A stretch of 64,000 nt of DNA from Felis catus. Lineage: Eukaryota. Shown in pieces: positions 59,900-64,000 of the stretch; within the stretch, counting starts at the first letter, position 1; each line of letters opens with the position of its first letter. A program made the position numbers and the translations under genes. The stretch is taken from NCBI RefSeq assembly GCF_018350175.1, contig NC_058368.1:54128001-54192000 (forward strand), written 5' to 3'. The notes beneath the pieces are model-generated. The model ran no database searches. It worked only from the letters and a program-made list of their open reading frames with translations, and was not told the DNA's origin.

Positions 59900-60090
59900 T
59901 TCTATCTGATCTCTCTGCTAGATCCTTTACATGGATTATGTCATTTAATTGTAGTATCTGCTATGAGATACATAATACTATTCTACTTATTTTATAGATA
60001 AGGAAACCAAGGCTTAGGGAGATCAAATAACTTCCACGGGCTGTGTGGGCTTGGATATAGTAAATTCAGGATTCAGTTCAGACAATCTGA
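59900..60090 (-). mobile_element. MIR
   Basis: ctttacatggattatgtcatttaat...attttatagataaggaaaccaaggcttagggaga.caaataactt. Confidence 0.75.
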
Positions 60091-60900
60091 AAACAGAGAC
60101 CAACTTTAAACTGCTTTGGATTCCAAGTCACTCTGAGTATCTCAGTATCCACAGTCCCTTTTCAGCAACATGGCCACCAGTTTGTTCCTTATTGACTGCC
60201 AAATGGCAGCTAGCCACAGGCTGGGCACCTGGAAAGTTGGTGATCTAGAAGGTGGCCTGGACTGAAAACTCTGTCTTCTAGGGATGTTCTCCAATGTGTT
60301 CTGCCTAACTGACCCAATTGGATCATTTCTTTCAAAGGACTTTGACATACATTAATCAGGTGGTATGTTTAGAACCTTGAACAGACCCAGAGAGAAGTCC
60401 ATCCGACCGCTGCAGAGAGAGTTTTCTTTGCTTACCTACTTCTGGGTGTTTTCTTCCAAAAACTCATATCAGTCAGAGTAAACTTGCCATGTCTCTGTTC
60501 CTTGCCATCTCAAAGAGCCTGACTAATACAATCTCCGGGGAAACCAATGAGAGTTATGCATGTATGGGTGTGGAGAATTAAAAATTTAGCCCTGAACCTC
60601 CATATGAGTCAGAGGTGATTTTGTCAGCCTGGAGACATGAATACAGGATTCCGCCCACCATTCTCAAGTGATTTGTTTTGATCCCTGAAATAGTGAAAGG
60701 GAGGGTGTGAGTTCTTGACCCAGTTCTATGACAGGGCTGCAAAAGATCTCTTAGGGCACATTTAGTTTTCATTTCTGCTGAAGCTTTGAGTGACACTGGC
60801 ATTCAGAATCTAGTCTCCACAGCACATTAGAGAAATTGTGGGATAAACAGGGTTGCAGAAAAGCAGGAGTTCAGACCTAAGAGGCCTTTATAGGAAACAG

Positions 60901-61092
60901 GGGCACCTGGGTGGCTCAGTAGGTTGAGCGTCTGACTTCAGCTCAGGTCATGATCTCATGGTTCATGGGTTCAAGCTGTGCTGACAGCTCAGAGCCTGGA
61001 GTCTGCTTCAGATTCTGTGTCTCCCTCTCTGTCTGCCCCTCCCCTGCTCGCACTCTCTCTTTCTCTCAATAACAAATAAACATTAAAAAATT
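60901..61092 (+). mobile_element. Can-SINE
   Basis: Perfect 14-bp TSD tttataggaaacag at 60887-60900 and 61093-61106. Confidence 0.95.
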
Positions 61093-62554
61093 TTTATAGG
61101 AAACAGATAATTTACAAATATGCATCTATAATGTAGGTGTTTTAGGATAAGTTACGATTCCACATGTACTTTGATAGAATTATGATTTTTTAAAGCTAGC
61201 CTATATAATTTTCTTTTCTATTTGAGATTTCGATTTCAAACCTAGGTAACAGCTCACCTATTATGCCCAGTGTGTAAACAGCTGAACCTCTTTTCTGCTC
61301 AAATACCTGAAATCATAATTACCTTCTTTAAAACGTGGCCATAGGCAAAACCTTTGAGTAATATGTTCTCATTCAGCATGCCAAGTCAGGATCTGAGAAT
61401 ATAAGACAGAGTCTTTGTTAGATTATCACAGTATTGCAGGAAAGTGCAATATAACTTCAAACTACTTTTAAAAGTCAGATGTTTTTTCTTAGTATGTTAT
61501 TAACCTAACTATCCAAGTCATTCAATTTTTATTATAACAGTACTTAGAAGAACTGGCGGGACATCTGCAGCTCTTTCCCATCCCTGCAATCTGCTTTGAC
61601 ACCACCATGTTAACAGCTGAATCCTTTATGTGATAATTATACGAACAAATGTAAGTACTGTTTTCATAATGGATGTCCATAGAGAACATTACCCGAAACA
61701 ATTCAGCCTAAGCCCACAATTATATAACGTTCCTATTCATGAAGATGATGTCACAGAGTCCAAAGAAGGTCAAAGAGACTTGGGAAATGGCCTTTTAAAG
61801 AGTTCTTAGACTATAAGTGTTTATTGGAAAGATCTCAAATAGTTGTATTATTTCATAAACCTCAGGATAAACCTGACAAGAATGTTTTGATCAAGATTCA
61901 ATCAGTTGCTTTTCTGAACAATTTTAGGTTACTGTTAGGTTAGAATTTCCATAGAAGAAGATAGAAGTGTTTGTTTTTACTTGGGGTTTTGTTTTAAAGA
62001 TGGATCTACTGGATGGAAGTAGGCTCACTTTGGCACAAGAGGCCTCTGTCCATGCCTGTAACCTAGTTAAGCAGTCTCCTGGCTGTGCAAGAGAGATTGA
62101 TGCTCCTGTTATAATAATTTGCTTTGGCAAGAGATTTTATTCTGTATTTACTTTTCTTCTTGTTGTGGGTCATTTAAACATCTGTTCTTATGACATGAGA
62201 CTTTTCCAGATGGATGCGTTGTTTGTCCCTCTGTCAGAAAAATCTAATGTTATAAATAAAGGAAGTAGCATAATGGCCAAAGTGTTCTTCATTCCCCCTG
62301 ATAGTAATGAGAAAAATCCTTTGGAATGAATGCCTTCTCCACATTAAAGCTAACAAACATCAGTCCTCTTTTTCTATAACGTGACCTTATTACAATTAGG
62401 CCGATTGTTCTTAGCCTTCCTCAGCACATGCTGCATTGTTCCGCCAGCTAGGGATGTACTTCTTTTTCTTGCAAAGCATTTAGAGTCCATTCATTACAGG
62501 CCCAGCCCAAGACTTCTTTAGCCCTTCCATAAAGATATTTTACTGAGGGTAGTA

Positions 62555-62780
62555 CATCTTTAATAGAACGAACAAGGACTTTGGCACCTGATGGCTCCCT
62601 GTGTGATTCCTGGGTTTGGTACTAACTGAATGGGAACCGTGCGGCAGGTTACTTAATCTTTCTGAATCCCAGTTTTCTCATTTGTAACACAGAAGTTATG
62701 TCTATCTCATACAGCATTTGTAAAGATTAGATGTGATGAAATTTGTCTGGCACTCAGTAAATTATTTTAGATACCTGTAT
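62555..62780 (+). mobile_element. MIR
   Basis: ggcaggttacttaatctttctgaatcccagttttctcatttgtaa...tctatctcatacagc.tttgtaaagattagatg...ctggcactcagtaa. Confidence 0.8.
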
Positions 62781-62947
62781 TATACCTATTTATGATAATT
62801 TTCCCCTTAAGCAAAGGAGAATTTACTTGTATCAAGTTTATTCAGGCCCATGATTGAAATATCCAAAATACCGTATAAGATTTGCTTGTGGCATACAACG
62901 GTCCTCTACCACTTTTGCTTATTCTCCTGCTGCACATGGCCACTTTC

Positions 62948-62976
62948 TTTTTAAAATTTTTTATGTTTATTAATGT

Positions 62977-63017
<41 letters not shown>

Positions 63018-63184
63018 TGAGTGGGGGAGGTGAAGAGAGAGAAGGAGACACAGAATCTGAAGCAGGCTCCAGGCTCTGAGCTGTCAGCACAGAGCCCGAC
63101 GTGGGGCTCGAACTCATGGACCATGAGAGATCATGACCTGAGCCTAAGCCTGATGCTAAACTGACTGAGCCACCCAGGCATCCC
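62948..63184 (-). mobile_element. Can-SINE with (GA)n
   Basis: Imperfect TSD tgcacatggccacttt / tgcgcatggtcacttt at 62931-62946 and 63185-63200. Confidence 0.95.
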
Positions 63185-63199
63185 TGCGCATGGTCACTT

Positions 63200-63940
63200 T
63201 CAACTCTGTTACTGCCCAGTCCCTTGAAAATTCTTATTTTGTGGCCTATTAACCTTGTGATTGACTATTGGTATTAACTATAAGTATTAACTATTGGTAT
63301 GGAAGGGAATGAAGTTTGCCTTTACAGTCCTTCATTATTCTCAATTCTCTCCCTCTTCCTGTTACCTTACTGTTATTATAGTTACATTACAATTTTAGTG
63401 AGATCAGTATTCAGGATTTATATTATTATGACTATGTAAACACTAATTACAGGTGATGAGACTTACGATATATCATAGTTATTTTTTCTTCCCAGGAGTA
63501 GTTATTAAATGTCTTAACCTTTTTGATTTGGTTTTATTTATACTTATTCCTAATTTAAGTCCCAAATATCTATCAATGGTCTAAGTGACATGTTCACATT
63601 TTTGAAGAAATCTCTCCTGGTGCTTGCTGAACTGCTTAAATCCCGGCAAGCTGCCCTCTGTGCCTGGTACACAACGATTCTCCTCTCATCTGTACCTCCG
63701 CCGTTATCCTAAATATTTTCTTTGCCTCTTTCTGGTGTTGATCTTCTGTTTTCTGCACCACATGTGTTTGTATTTTCTTTTGGTAGAGCTATTTTCTGGT
63801 AATTTTCTAAATGTGGGTTCATGGAGGTAAACTGTTGATACTTACATATCTAATGAATTTTGTATTCCATCCTTATACTAGTTGATAGTTTTTCAGGATA
63901 AGAATTTTATATCAGAAAAAAATATTTTTCAGGAAATGGA
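63200..63940 (-). mobile_element. Very old L1 relic (L1MC/ME-like, antisense)
   Basis: gggttcatggaggtaaact.ttga.acttacatatctaa..aat...tgtattcc..cctt.tact.gttgatagttt..caggata.agaatt motif. Confidence 0.5.
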
Positions 63941-64000
63941 CTTAGGGCTTGTCTATGCTAAATAAAGTTGAGATAACAGAAGTTTGTTTGCATAACATAG

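Noticed and set aside
63264..63300. Three 13-bp tandem units (actattggtatta), and a ~50-bp imperfect duplication at 15631-15718
   Set aside because: Simple local slippage duplications in old L1 sequence. There are no unique spacers, so they are not CRISPR-like.
1..64000. CpG-island promoter, CRISPR array, or prokaryotic/viral gene system
   Set aside because: CpG is depleted outside young SINEs, there are no repeat-spacer arrays, and there are no long non-L1 ORFs or intact gag/pol/env.

Overview
This is AT-rich mammalian genomic DNA from a cat-family (felid) genome, inferred from many feline-type Can-SINEs (SINEC_Fc-like) and feline-type L1 3' ends. I find no supportable protein-coding gene, RNA gene or CRISPR array. 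The only ORFs with recognisable homology are disrupted L1 ORF2 C-terminal fragments; the rest come from SINEs, microsatellites or chance. The window is a layered repeat landscape: about 34 tRNA-derived Can-SINEs (most with visible target-site duplications, TSDs), six 5'-truncated carnivore/feline L1s, older L1/L2/MIR, MaLR and ERV LTRs, and DNA transposon relics (Kanga/Tc2, MER58A, MER5). A few repeat-poor stretches carry clustered transcription-factor motifs. I cannot honestly claim a new biological system. The best leads are: (1) two independently inserted L1s about 8 kb apart that share the same ORF2-inactivating lesions (a stop codon plus a 4-bp insertion), suggesting a defective L1 lineage mobilised in trans, or gene conversion; (2) a dense GATA/ETS/MEIS motif cluster at about 49.9-50.2 kb; (3) a nearly spacer-less inverted SINE pair at 52.5-53.0 kb; (4) a strong minus-strand bias of SINEs and L1s, suggesting the window lies in an intron of a + strand transcription unit. 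Repeat family names are from memory of consensus sequences, not from a search. Boundaries of old repeats are approximate.
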